Notes: generated by a model not told the origin, from the letters alone. Shown: positions 44,919 through 55,033, numbered from the stretch's first letter. The stretch: 64,000 nt of DNA from Victivallaceae bacterium (GCA_045588835.1 JAZNEV010000075.1:7979-71978); one strand, 5' to 3'. Translations and numbers: made by a program.

Positions 44919-47390
44919 TCAAAGCAGAGAGTCAAACATATTACGGAATATCTGGATACCTGAATCACCGGTTTTCAAAAGAAGATTGATTCCGGAGCCG
45001 GCCGTTTCATTGAGCAGATAGATCAATATGCTTCTTGCATCGGTCACTTCGGCAAGTTTGTCGCCCAATTTGACCGTTTGGGAGTGCAGTGATTCAAATG
45101 TACTGCCGCCGTTTCTTTCAAGTGTGTAATCGGTTTCGTCTTGTTGTAACGGCACTCTGAGCGGCACCCTGGTTTTGGCATCCCACAGAGAAAATGAACT
45201 GTCTTTTAACTGATAGTGGCGAATTATGATTTTTGGAGGTTCCGGATCAACCGGGGCTTCCTCCGGAATTTGCGGTGCAGATGCTCCCTGTTGACAAGGA
45301 GAATTCCCCTCAAAAATAATGCAAAGAGCATCGGCAATGTGATGGGCATTGAGTTCTCCATTTTGATTGTATTCTGCAAAAACATGAGCACCGTCTATGA
45401 TCAACTGATCTATGATAAGGTCACGGTTTGGGCTTTGCTGTTCAGGAAAAGCTACCGATATTGAATCTACTGTGGCGATGTAGGGCTTGGTGTATCCCGG
45501 CGGATTGATCGTTCGCATATCGGTCAGTTGCCAAATCCGTTGCAGTTGGGAATAACAGATTTTGCGTAAATAGAAATTCACCCCGTTGGCTTTTGCATCG
45601 GCTCTGGTATCCCGGATGGTGAATTTGCAATTTTCCAAACAGTATCCGGCAATCCGGACCATGGGAATGGAGGCGGCTGTTGCCGTATCATCTGAAGAGG
45701 CGGATCGGTCGGAGATCAGCGGAAAAAAGAGCAGTTCAACCGCCGTTTTTACATCTCTGAAGTTTGAATCACCGTTTTCGCTGATACAGGCTGTGGCGTG
45801 AAGTGAATCGACCTGGATATTATCGATAAGTGTAGTTGCCTGTGCCAGGGAGGCCGGATCGAAATCCATGATCAGGGTTTTGATTTGAAGCATATAGTCA
45901 CTGTATCCTTCCGGATTATTTACGCTTAAAGAATCCAAAGCGATATGCCCTTTATCCCATGAACCGCTCATCTTTTTGAAACTTACTCCGAGACCGTTGA
46001 TGTTACCGGTTGATCCGGGCCGGTAGTCGTTCACTGTTATCGAAGCATTCACGATCTCGAAATTGTCGATAAAAGGATTGATTTCAGAACTGTTGCCCTC
46101 CGGTGCTGCCGGTGCAAACAAGCGTCTTAAGATGTTTATGGCAACGCCGATATTGGTATGTTCCCGGTTTTTGATGCCGGCTGTGACACAAAGATTTTCC
46201 ACTCTGATGTTTTTGAATTCCGGAGTATTTGAAAATAGAGAGGCCGGTACAAATGATATTTGGGCAGATCGCAGTTGCAACATCTTTTCCTGATATCCTT
46301 GTGGAGAGGTGATAAGCAGGGAATCCAGCATGACTGAACCGTTATTCCAGTTACCGCTGATTTCATGCAGATTGATTCCCAAAGCGTATTCTGAATTTTC
46401 ATTGCTTTTATCTCTGATAAGCCATGAACTATTTTTAAAATTGAAATTTCCTATCGGCATTGTTCCATGGCCCGATTGAACTTTTTCCGGAGATGTGAAA
46501 AGCTCATGTAATATTACGGATGTTTCCCGGATGTATGGGACAAATGTTTCCGGTAAGATCGAGACACGCAAACCATCAGCATCCACCGATGAAATTTCCG
46601 GAGAACCGTTGGTTATTGAATTTGCTGCAAAGGTTATCGCTGCCCGGTCAAGTTCAAGCAGATTGATATTTTTCTGATGAGGAGAATTTATGGACAACGC
46701 TTCAAAGTAAAAGTCACCGGAATGGATCGTGCCACTGAATTTTTCCAGAGAGAACACAAATCCGTTAAGAGTTTTTTGCGGTCTTTGATCGGATATATGG
46801 ATTTTCAACCTTTCAAGAAGAATATTTTTCAGGATCAATTTGCCGTCATTATTTTCCCTGCTTTGCAATTCACGCATTCTGTCGGCAAATTTCTGAATAT
46901 TGAAGTCGCCGTTTTCAGTTATCAAGCCGTAAATGTTTATTTGGCGTACTTCAATGTCGGAGATAATCGTTTCGTCGGAAAACAGTGAACTTTTTTCCAC
47001 TTTCAGATAAAGTGAAGATACTTCGATCATGGTTTCCTCATTGAATCCATCCGGACTGGCCACCTGTAAATTGGTGATTTTTACATCACCTCTGGTCAGG
47101 GATATTTCCAAGTCATCCATCGAGATCTTTGCTCCGATTATCTGACTGCCGATCGTGGTGACGGCCCAAAATGCCAATTGATCAAAGAAAAGGATGACGA
47201 TCAGAAGCAATACTGCGATCCACAGTGCCACCCGGCTGATGATACGGGGGAATAATTCTCCCGGAGTACGGTGGTGTTCCGGTGATTTGCCGGAAACAAC
47301 GGCACATCTTCTTTTACCGGCGGTGCCGGTGAAAGAAGCCCGTTTCGGAAGCAGTTTGCATCCCGGGGATGTGTCGCTGTTTTTTTTCAT
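44919..47390 (-). CDS. AsmA/DUF748-like membrane-anchored repeat protein (823 aa)
   Basis: N-terminal TM RVALWIAVLLLIVILFF, then five related modules containing (S/N)P-x-G(F/Y)...(D/N)(I/L)x(V/I). Confidence 0.7.
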   Translation of the reverse strand: MKKNSDTSPGCKLLPKRASFTGTAGKRRCAVVSGKSPEHHRTPGELFPRIISRVALWIAVLLLIVILFFDQLAFWAVTTIGSQIIGAKISMDDLEISLTRGDVKITNLQVASPDGFNEETMIEVSSLYLKVEKSSLFSDETIISDIEVRQINIYGLITENGDFNIQKFADRMRELQSRENNDGKLILKNILLERLKIHISDQRPQKTLNGFVFSLEKFSGTIHSGDFYFEALSINSPHQKNINLLELDRAAITFAANSITNGSPEISSVDADGLRVSILPETFVPYIRETSVILHELFTSPEKVQSGHGTMPIGNFNFKNSSWLIRDKSNENSEYALGINLHEISGNWNNGSVMLDSLLITSPQGYQEKMLQLRSAQISFVPASLFSNTPEFKNIRVENLCVTAGIKNREHTNIGVAINILRRLFAPAAPEGNSSEINPFIDNFEIVNASITVNDYRPGSTGNINGLGVSFKKMSGSWDKGHIALDSLSVNNPEGYSDYMLQIKTLIMDFDPASLAQATTLIDNIQVDSLHATACISENGDSNFRDVKTAVELLFFPLISDRSASSDDTATAASIPMVRIAGYCLENCKFTIRDTRADAKANGVNFYLRKICYSQLQRIWQLTDMRTINPPGYTKPYIATVDSISVAFPEQQSPNRDLIIDQLIIDGAHVFAEYNQNGELNAHHIADALCIIFEGNSPCQQGASAPQIPEEAPVDPEPPKIIIRHYQLKDSSFSLWDAKTRVPLRVPLQQDETDYTLERNGGSTFESLHSQTVKLGDKLAEVTDARSILIYLLNETAGSGINLLLKTGDSGIQIFRNMFDSLL

Positions 47391-47412
47391 GATTTTGCTG
47401 CAACCACTGTTA

Positions 47413-49905
47413 TCAATTCAGATATTTTGCCGCAAGTTTATCCAGTGCGGCGATCTGTTTTGCACTCAATGTTTTACCATCTGCGAACTGTCGTGAAATG
47501 GATTGATAAAACTTTTTCTCATCAAAGGCAAAGCGTCCTTTTTGAGTTGGTTGTGCCCATTCTTTGACTTCTGATAATTTCTGCAACACTGCTTTGATCC
47601 GATCGGTGTCGTTGCTTTGCTCCGATGATAATTCAGCCGGATCGATTTGCAAGATCTGAAACACTTTTTCCGGTTCGATCAGTTGGGCACTGTATTTGAC
47701 AACCATTTTTCTCAAAGCATTCAGTTGCTTGTCGCTCAATGATTTGCCTGACATGACCTGTTTTTTCAGAGATTTGAAAAATTTTCCTTCATCAAAGGCA
47801 TATCGGCCGGATTTCGCTTCCGGAAATGTCACATTGGCAAAGGCATCGAAAACCGGAATATAACCGCCATTCTCCGGAACGGGTGGGCGGAGATTTTCGG
47901 CTTCTTTGCGTTCCTGAAAACGTTCTTGTGCCTGAATCAGGTCGTTTCGCAATTCCTGCGGTACGGCAGCAAGTTTTCCGGATATCTGCTCTGTGTATTT
48001 GGCTGCCATAGCAAGCATTGCCTGATATTGCTTTTCCGTCATTTGAGATGTTTGAGCGAATTTTTCCCGGATCGAGTTGACAAAACTGCTGTCATCAAAG
48101 GTACGGCGGCCGACCTTTTGTTTTTCTTCATAAACAACATTATTGAATAAGGCAAGCAATGCTGTTGCTTTGTCAGCTTCCGGCGCTCCGCTGTTTTTCG
48201 CGGCACTCAACCACGGTGAAAAACGGGCATAAAAGTCGGTCATCATCTGCACCCAGCCCACTGCTCCGGCTTCCACATCATCCAGTTTCTGTTCCATTTG
48301 GGCGGTGAAACCGATGTCGAATAATTCCGGAAGTTTTTCCACAAGGAAGTCGTTTACGGTGAAGCCCAATTCGGTCGGCAGAAGTTTATTCTGTTCTTTG
48401 GCCACATAACTGCGATCCTGTATCGTCCGGATGATGGTGGCGTAAGTGGAGGGGCGGCCGATACCGTTTTCTTCCAGCAGTTTGATCAGAGAGGCTTCTG
48501 TGAAACGCGGGGGCGGTTCAGTGAACTTCTGTTCTTTTGTGAAATCAGTCATTGTCAGGATATCGCCCTGATGCAATGAACGCAATACCGCCGGACGGCA
48601 ATCATCTTTTTCTTGAGTATTGTCGCCGGAAAGTGTCAGGAAACCCGGAAATACCGTCAATGTCGCCGTGGTGCGGAATTGGTATTGACGGCGGTCACTG
48701 CCATTGACAAGTACATCTGCCGTAACCAATTCCTGACGGGCTTGGGCCATCTGACTGGCTACGAAACGTTTCCAGATGAGGGTGTAAAGTTTGAGTTGGG
48801 GGCCGTCGAGCAAATCAGCCAGAGATTCCGGGGTGCGGCGGACATCGGTCGGCCGGATCGCCTCATGTGCCTCTTGGGCGGCGGCTTTGTTTTTGTAGTA
48901 GTTGAATTTGGGCGGCAGGTACTCCTGTCCGTATGCCTCCCGGATAAATTCGGCAGCCGCCATTTGAGCCTCTTTGGCGATGGTCACCGAGTCAGTTCGC
49001 ATGTAAGTTATCAAACCGGCAGAGCTTCCGTTACCCAGATCCACTCCTTCATAAAGTTGCTGGGCGTAACGCATGGTGCTGGTCGCAGAATAGTGAAGCA
49101 ACTGGTTGGCAGCTTGCTGTAATGTACTGGTGGTAAAGGGTGGATACGGGTTGCGTTTGCGTTCCTGAACTGTTACAGAACTGACTTGAGGCAGAGAACC
49201 GTTTTTCACTGACGTTTCAATTATTTCTGCTTCACTTGCTGAAGTAACTGTAAAATCTTTTTGATCGATCTTGAAAAGTTTACTTTTTATCGAATCTTTA
49301 TTGGATGAGGAGAATACGGCCGAGAAGTTCCAGTATTCTTCCGGATTGAAAGCCATGATATCGCGTTCTCTTTCCACGATCAAACGCAGTGCGGCTGACT
49401 GAACCCGGCCGGCCGAACTGCCTTTGCCAAGTTTTCGCCAGAGCAGGGGGCTTACCTGATAACCTACGATACGGTCCAGAACTCTCCGGGCCTGCTGGGC
49501 ATCGACCAGATTCAGATTGATATCGCCTTTGCCTGCAATGGCATTTTCAATGGCCTGCCGGGTGATTTCATGGAATGTCACCCGATGAAACGGGGATTTT
49601 TTATTTACCGGAGCAAGAATATTTTTCAAATGCCACGCAATGGCTTCACCTTCCCGGTCAGGGTCGGTTGCCAAATAGATCTCATCGGCTTTTTTTGCCG
49701 CTTCCTTAAGGTTTTTTACAACCGGCCGGCTGCGCGGAGTATCGACATATTGCGGAGCAAAATCATTGGCAATATTGATGCCGAAGTCATGTTCCGGCAA
49801 ATCTCTGACATGACCCATTGAAGCGATAATATCATAATCTTTGCTCAGCATTCTCCCGATGGTGCGGGCTTTAGTCGGGGATTCCACGATCAATAATTTA
49901 GCCAT
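47413..49905 (-). CDS. topA: DNA topoisomerase I with non-canonical cysteine-free C-terminal repeats
   Basis: MAKLLIVESPTKARTIGR Toprim start, DPDREGEAIAWH, and the active-site region GLITYMRTDS. Start taken at 49905; the ORF opens at 49971. Confidence 0.95.
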   Translation of the reverse strand: MAKLLIVESPTKARTIGRMLSKDYDIIASMGHVRDLPEHDFGINIANDFAPQYVDTPRSRPVVKNLKEAAKKADEIYLATDPDREGEAIAWHLKNILAPVNKKSPFHRVTFHEITRQAIENAIAGKGDINLNLVDAQQARRVLDRIVGYQVSPLLWRKLGKGSSAGRVQSAALRLIVERERDIMAFNPEEYWNFSAVFSSSNKDSIKSKLFKIDQKDFTVTSASEAEIIETSVKNGSLPQVSSVTVQERKRNPYPPFTTSTLQQAANQLLHYSATSTMRYAQQLYEGVDLGNGSSAGLITYMRTDSVTIAKEAQMAAAEFIREAYGQEYLPPKFNYYKNKAAAQEAHEAIRPTDVRRTPESLADLLDGPQLKLYTLIWKRFVASQMAQARQELVTADVLVNGSDRRQYQFRTTATLTVFPGFLTLSGDNTQEKDDCRPAVLRSLHQGDILTMTDFTKEQKFTEPPPRFTEASLIKLLEENGIGRPSTYATIIRTIQDRSYVAKEQNKLLPTELGFTVNDFLVEKLPELFDIGFTAQMEQKLDDVEAGAVGWVQMMTDFYARFSPWLSAAKNSGAPEADKATALLALFNNVVYEEKQKVGRRTFDDSSFVNSIREKFAQTSQMTEKQYQAMLAMAAKYTEQISGKLAAVPQELRNDLIQAQERFQERKEAENLRPPVPENGGYIPVFDAFANVTFPEAKSGRYAFDEGKFFKSLKKQVMSGKSLSDKQLNALRKMVVKYSAQLIEPEKVFQILQIDPAELSSEQSNDTDRIKAVLQKLSEVKEWAQPTQKGRFAFDEKKFYQSISRQFADGKTLSAKQIAALDKLAAKYLN
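47416..48114 (-). repeat. Three about 44-aa protein-level repeats (GR-x-x-FD-x-x-x-F...K/T-x-x-S/T-x-KQ...KY) in the TopA C-terminus
   Basis: R1 48114-47983, R2 47811-47680, R3 47541-47416. Aligned by eye: GRRTFDDSSF.., GRYAFDEGKF.., GRFAFDEKKF... Confidence 0.75.
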
Positions 49906-50120
49906 ATACACATATTCCTTAACTTTTATGCTCATGCGTTTCCCACGCACGCGCGTATCGTACATACACAAGTTTACAGTACAACGCTTTGACCGGTTTT
50001 GTCAAGTGCTGAAAGAAAAATATTTTCAGGAAATATAAAAAAACATTGGTTTTTGTGCATCTCCGGTGTATATTAATGTATTGACTTGATAATGTACACA
50101 ATTGGAATATGAGGTGCAAT

Positions 50121-50894
50121 ATGAAATTTATAAGATTTATCTGCGGTGTCCTTTCCGGATTGCTGATTTCCGGATGTGCTTCTACTATGAGCGGGGATAT
50201 CCTTTCTCCTTCAGACCTTACGTTGGAGGAGTTGGAACTCCGGCGCAATGCTGCCACTGATCCGGATGGCCGTTTTGCCGCCAGTAACAGTTATGTTATG
50301 CGTCAGGAGATCGTAGAACGTTACTGGTTGAATGACGACGTTATCCGGATGGTCGAGGTGAAATTTGCCAAGCCGGATAAAATGGCTCTGATCACCTACG
50401 AAAACAATAAGCCGGCGACGGTATTCTGTACTGACGGAGAAAGAGGGTGGCTCTGTTATTATTCTGACCGTCGGATCGTTCAATTTGATGAAGCCGGTTT
50501 GCGCCGGATGCAGATGCTTTCCAGTTTGGGCCGTCCTGGAGCGGGCAGTTACCGGTCGATCTTTGCCAGAGTGGAAGTTTTTCTTTGTGTCAATGATGAG
50601 GGGCGCTTTTACCGGATCGATTGTTATGGCGAAGAATCCCCCTATCCGGTATGTTTTTATCTTGATGCGGAAAGTTATCTGCCGCGTCAGGTGAGAATGA
50701 AAGTGCCGGTCGCTGATGGTTCTTATGTGGATTATATCAACCGGATAAAGGATTACGAACTGCGTGACGGGGTGTACATTCCCATGACCACAGAGGTGGA
50801 ACAGGACGGCGTTGTCCACGAATGCAAAGTGATCTTTTACCAGTTGAATCCGGATTTGGCAGACAGTGAATTTCTGCCGCCGGTGTTTCAGTAA
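50121..50894 (+). CDS. Lipoprotein, LolA-like / outer-membrane lipoprotein-sorting fold
   Basis: Signal plus lipobox LLISGC. ATG 50121 lies behind GAGGTG. The C-terminal pattern (YELRDGVYIP...FYQLNPDL.DSEF) is typical of LolA-fold lipoproteins. Confidence 0.75.
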   Translation: MKFIRFICGVLSGLLISGCASTMSGDILSPSDLTLEELELRRNAATDPDGRFAASNSYVMRQEIVERYWLNDDVIRMVEVKFAKPDKMALITYENNKPATVFCTDGERGWLCYYSDRRIVQFDEAGLRRMQMLSSLGRPGAGSYRSIFARVEVFLCVNDEGRFYRIDCYGEESPYPVCFYLDAESYLPRQVRMKVPVADGSYVDYINRIKDYELRDGVYIPMTTEVEQDGVVHECKVIFYQLNPDLADSEFLPPVFQ

Positions 50895-51760
50895 GACGGG
50901 GGATTGATATGGTCGCAGAGCCGGAATGACGGTTCTGCGATTTTTTTATTTTGCAGAAAATCCGTTATCAAAATTTCGGGATCAGGTTTTCGGGCCGCTT
51001 CCAGCCAGTGGATCTTATGACCTTCACGCTCAAGTTTGCGGAAAAAGATATCCTGACGTTTGGCAAATTGCCGGATCTTATTGAGCAACTGTTCCCGCAT
51101 TTCCTCAAAGGTGCAGCGATTTTGCAAGTATAGCGAGATTTCCCGGTATTCAAGACCGAATGATTCAAGTTTTTCAAAACTGACGTGATTTTCGTCATGA
51201 AGTTTTCTGACTTCTTTGATCATACCGGATTTCAAGCGGGCATCGAGTCGTCTGGCAATGCGTTCTCTTACTGTAAGTCTCGGGTAAAAGACTCCCAGTA
51301 CCAATGGATCGATGGTAAATGGCGGTGAGAATGATGGCGGGGCATCCGGATCCTGACGGATTCGCGGAGTATCGTATGTACGCGGCGGCAATGCACCGCC
51401 GGGCAGACGGTAATTGTCGAGCAGTGCGGCGATATACAATGCAGTCCCGCCGCAGACGATAGGCAGTTTGCCTCTGTTGCGGATATCTCCGATGGCCTGC
51501 CAGGCATCCCGGCAGAAGAATCCGAGATTGTAGATGTCGGTTGCCGGATCGGCGATATCGATCAAATGATAGGGGATGTTGCCGTATTCGGCAATGTCTT
51601 TGCCGGAACCGATATCCATCCCCCGGTAGACCTGTCTGGAATCGGCACTGATTATTTCGCCATTGAAAATTTCTGCCATTTTGACGGCCAAAGCCGTTTT
51701 TCCGGTCGCAGTTGGTCCCAAAATGACAATAATTTTGACAGAATCGCTAAAATCCTGCAT
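50888..51760 (-). CDS. miaA: tRNA dimethylallyltransferase
   Basis: P-loop ILGPTATGKTALAV...SADSRQVYRGMDIGSGK. Confidence 0.95.
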   Translation of the reverse strand: MQDFSDSVKIIVILGPTATGKTALAVKMAEIFNGEIISADSRQVYRGMDIGSGKDIAEYGNIPYHLIDIADPATDIYNLGFFCRDAWQAIGDIRNRGKLPIVCGGTALYIAALLDNYRLPGGALPPRTYDTPRIRQDPDAPPSFSPPFTIDPLVLGVFYPRLTVRERIARRLDARLKSGMIKEVRKLHDENHVSFEKLESFGLEYREISLYLQNRCTFEEMREQLLNKIRQFAKRQDIFFRKLEREGHKIHWLEAARKPDPEILITDFLQNKKIAEPSFRLCDHINPPSY

Positions 51761-51853
51761 TATTTTTCACTCCTGATTTGAATTGAACCTTTGTCACGTA
51801 TTATATTATGAAACGTGAAGTTGTTTTTTGCAAGTCAAAATGGAGTTTTTTTT

Positions 51854-52708
51854 ATGGAAATGCAACAAACTGTCGCCGGAAGTGCCGCTTTTTCCGGAAT
51901 CGCCCTGCATACCGGGGCCCGGGCAACTGTCCGTCTGCACGCCGCTCCTGAAGATACCGGTATCGTTTTCCGGCGGGTTGATCTGCCCGGAAAACCGGAA
52001 GTCCATGCGTTGGCTTCCAATGTGGTCGATGTGCAACGTGGAACGACTATTGCCGAGGGCAAAGGTATCGTTTATACTGTTGAGCATATCATGTCGGCTC
52101 TTCATGCGTGTAAGATCGATAACTGTATCGTTGAGATGAATGGCATGGAACCCCCCATCGGTGACGGCAGCAGTCTGCCGTTTTATGAGTTGATCATGGA
52201 AGCCGGAATCGCGGTCCAAAATAAGCCGGCCCGTACATTCACCCCCGATGTGCCGGTTGCTGCTGTCGGTGGAAAAACACAGGTGGTTTTATTGCCTGAT
52301 TCGGAAAAGTTATCGGTCAGTTGCGTGACCAGTTTCAAAAACTGTCCGTTCGATCCGCAGTTTTTTCAGTATGAATTGGAGCAGGAAAGTTACGCCCGCG
52401 AGATCGCTCCCGGCCGGACTTTTGTTGATTACAGCGATTTGCGTTTACTGCTTTCCATGGGATTGTGTAAAGGCGGCAGTCTGGATGCGGCGGCGATCAT
52501 TCACGATGGAGCTATCATCTGTAAGGATAAACTCCGTTTTGATAATGAGATCGTCCGGCATAAGATCATGGATGCGATCGGGGATATCTATTTATCCGGT
52601 TGCCGGATTACCGGCAAATTGATCGCAGTTTGTCCGGGGCATCCCAAAAATGTGGAACTGGCCGGAAAATTGCTGGCGATGATTCAAAATAAAGCAAAAG
52701 AAAATTGA
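51854..52708 (+). CDS. lpxC: UDP-3-O-acyl-N-acetylglucosamine deacetylase
   Basis: GIALHTGARATVRLHAAPEDTGIVFRR...VEHIMSAL...HKIMDAIGD motifs. ATG 51854 lies behind TGGAG. Confidence 0.95.
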   Translation: MEMQQTVAGSAAFSGIALHTGARATVRLHAAPEDTGIVFRRVDLPGKPEVHALASNVVDVQRGTTIAEGKGIVYTVEHIMSALHACKIDNCIVEMNGMEPPIGDGSSLPFYELIMEAGIAVQNKPARTFTPDVPVAAVGGKTQVVLLPDSEKLSVSCVTSFKNCPFDPQFFQYELEQESYAREIAPGRTFVDYSDLRLLLSMGLCKGGSLDAAAIIHDGAIICKDKLRFDNEIVRHKIMDAIGDIYLSGCRITGKLIAVCPGHPKNVELAGKLLAMIQNKAKEN

Positions 52709-52740
52709 TCATATAAAACAAAGCAAAAGGAGAAAAAAAG

Positions 52741-53640
52741 ATGTCAGAGGTTCTTCAACACAATCAGATCGCTGAAAGACTCGTTCTGAAATCCCCGTGG
52801 AAACTGTTGGATTTCGCCCGGAAAGATGATGATACACATTTCGTCGGATTCAAAAATTTTTCTGCCAACGAGGCCTTTTTTGCCGGTCACTTCCCGGTTC
52901 ATCCGATCGTGCCCGGTGTGCTTCAGGTCGAAGCCATGCGGCAGTTGTGCTGTTGCTTTCTGCCCGGAAATCCCCGCGGCAAAAGGATCAAACAATTGGA
53001 AAAAGTCAAATTCCGCCGTCCGATCCTGCCGGGAGACCGGATGATCGTTGAAGTTGAAGTCGTTGCTTCGACGGATGATTCATGGACTATGAAAGCCGTG
53101 ACCAAAACCGTTTCCGGAGTGTGCAGTGAAGCTTCGATCACCATTTGTAACGTTCTGGAAGTTTCCGGTGGAATAAGTGCGATACCGGCGATAGATGATC
53201 AATTTGCCAGGAGAGCAGACATCAGTATGGATACCGACCGGGTCATGGGCTTGATTCCGCACCGTTTCCCGTTTTTGCTGTTGGATTATGTAGCTGAGGT
53301 CGAGGGGGAAAAGGTCATCGCTGTCAAAAATATTACCGGCAATGAACCGTTTATTGAAGCCGGATTCAATACTGTTCCTGATTCGTTGCTTTGTGAGATT
53401 GCCGCACAAAGCGGTTGTACCAGCGTTTTGGCCAGACCGGAAAATGTCGGAAAACTCGGTTTTTTCATGGCAATCGATAAAGCAGTGTTTTACCGTCAGG
53501 TGCTGGTCGGTGAACAGATGGTGATCGAAATCGATCTTCCGGCCGGCAAGTCCCGTTTCGGTAAGGGCTCCGGATACATCCGTGTCGGAGATGAAGTGGT
53601 CGCAGAGATCGCTTTGATGTTTGCCATTGTTGATGCATAA
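52741..53640 (+). CDS. fabZ: Tandem (double) hotdog 3-hydroxyacyl-ACP dehydratase, FabZ-like
   Basis: Domain 1 has NEAFFAGHFPVHPIVPGVLQVEAMRQ. Domain 2 has IPHRFPFLLLDYV and NEPFIEAGFNTVPDSLLCEIAAQ (His lost, Glu kept). Confidence 0.85.
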   Translation: MSEVLQHNQIAERLVLKSPWKLLDFARKDDDTHFVGFKNFSANEAFFAGHFPVHPIVPGVLQVEAMRQLCCCFLPGNPRGKRIKQLEKVKFRRPILPGDRMIVEVEVVASTDDSWTMKAVTKTVSGVCSEASITICNVLEVSGGISAIPAIDDQFARRADISMDTDRVMGLIPHRFPFLLLDYVAEVEGEKVIAVKNITGNEPFIEAGFNTVPDSLLCEIAAQSGCTSVLARPENVGKLGFFMAIDKAVFYRQVLVGEQMVIEIDLPAGKSRFGKGSGYIRVGDEVVAEIALMFAIVDA

Positions 53641-53660
53641 ACAGATTTGAGGTGTGATTT

Positions 53661-55031
53661 ATGGCTCTTTGGGGTGGACGTTTCGGTGAAGAAACGCAAA
53701 ATGATGTAAAAATCTATTCGGAATCGATCAGTTTTGACCAGCGGCTTTACAAACATGATATTGCCGGGAGCAAGGCCCATGTGGCTATGCTGGCCAAACA
53801 GGGGATCATTCCGCAGGATTCGGCTGATGCTATACGGAGCGAATTGGATAAGGTTTGTGAACGCATTGAAAAAGGGGATTTTTCTTACGATATTGCCAAA
53901 GAAGATATCCATATGCACGTTGAAAGTGCTTTGATCGATGTGTTGGGCACTGAAGGGGCGAGGGTGCATTCCGGTCGCAGCCGTAACGATCAGGTGGCAT
54001 TGGATTTCCGGCTTTATCTGCGGGATGCTGCTGATCGTCTGATCGGTAAGATCCGCAATTTTCAGAAAGAGTTGGTTATCAAGGCTGATGCTGAAAAAGA
54101 AACGATTATTCCCGGTTTTACTCATTTGCAACACGCACAGGTGGTGTTGCTCGCTCATCATCTTTTAGCCTATGTGGAAATGTTTGACCGTGATGCCGAG
54201 CGTTTGGCTGACTGCCGCAAACGGATCAATGTGATGCCGCTTGGTTCCGGGGCTCTGGCCGGATCCACATTGCCGCTCGACCGGGAGTTTGTCTGCAGGG
54301 AGTTGGGATTTGAACGGATCACCCGCAACAGCATGGATGCTGTGGCTGACCGGGATTTTGCGATTGAATTTACCGCCGCACTGGCTATGATGGCGATGCA
54401 CTTTTCCCGCCTTTCCGAAGATTTGATTTTGTGGAGCAGTCAGGAATTTGACTTTATTGAGTTGAGCGATGCATTCTGTACCGGTTCAAGTTTGATGCCG
54501 CAAAAGAAAAATCCGGATGTTTGCGAACTTACCCGCGGCAAAACTGCCAGAGTTTACGGTTCTTTGACGGCTATGCTTACGCTGTGTAAAGGTCTGCCGA
54601 TGACCTATAACCGGGATATGCAAGAGGATAAAGTTGCTGTTTTTGATGCTCTGGATACCGCAGAGTTGATGCTTGCGGTTTATCCGCCGATGATCCGGGA
54701 TATGCGGATCAAACGTGACAAGATGGCCGCCGCTGCTGCGGATCCGGCTCTCATGGCCACTGACCTCGCTGAAAAATTGGTCGAACTCGGCGTACCTTTC
54801 CGTGCCGCACACCACCGGGTAGGGGCTTTTGTCAAGTATTGTAAAGACCGCAATATTGCTCTGGATCAGGCAACTTTGGCTGAAATGCAGGAAACCATTC
54901 CGGAGGCAACTGCTGAATTTCTTACCTTGTTCGATCCCCGGGAAAGTGTCGCCAAACGGCGTATCGCCGGAGGAACCGGTTTTGAACCGGTGGCCAATCA
55001 GGTGGAATTTTGGAAAAAACAACTTTTTTGA
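53661..55031 (+). CDS. argH: Argininosuccinate lyase
   Basis: MALWGGRF start, HSGRSRNDQV, and GSSLMPQKKNPD signature. Confidence 0.95.
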   Translation: MALWGGRFGEETQNDVKIYSESISFDQRLYKHDIAGSKAHVAMLAKQGIIPQDSADAIRSELDKVCERIEKGDFSYDIAKEDIHMHVESALIDVLGTEGARVHSGRSRNDQVALDFRLYLRDAADRLIGKIRNFQKELVIKADAEKETIIPGFTHLQHAQVVLLAHHLLAYVEMFDRDAERLADCRKRINVMPLGSGALAGSTLPLDREFVCRELGFERITRNSMDAVADRDFAIEFTAALAMMAMHFSRLSEDLILWSSQEFDFIELSDAFCTGSSLMPQKKNPDVCELTRGKTARVYGSLTAMLTLCKGLPMTYNRDMQEDKVAVFDALDTAELMLAVYPPMIRDMRIKRDKMAAAAADPALMATDLAEKLVELGVPFRAAHHRVGAFVKYCKDRNIALDQATLAEMQETIPEATAEFLTLFDPRESVAKRRIAGGTGFEPVANQVEFWKKQLF

Positions 55032-55033
55032 AC

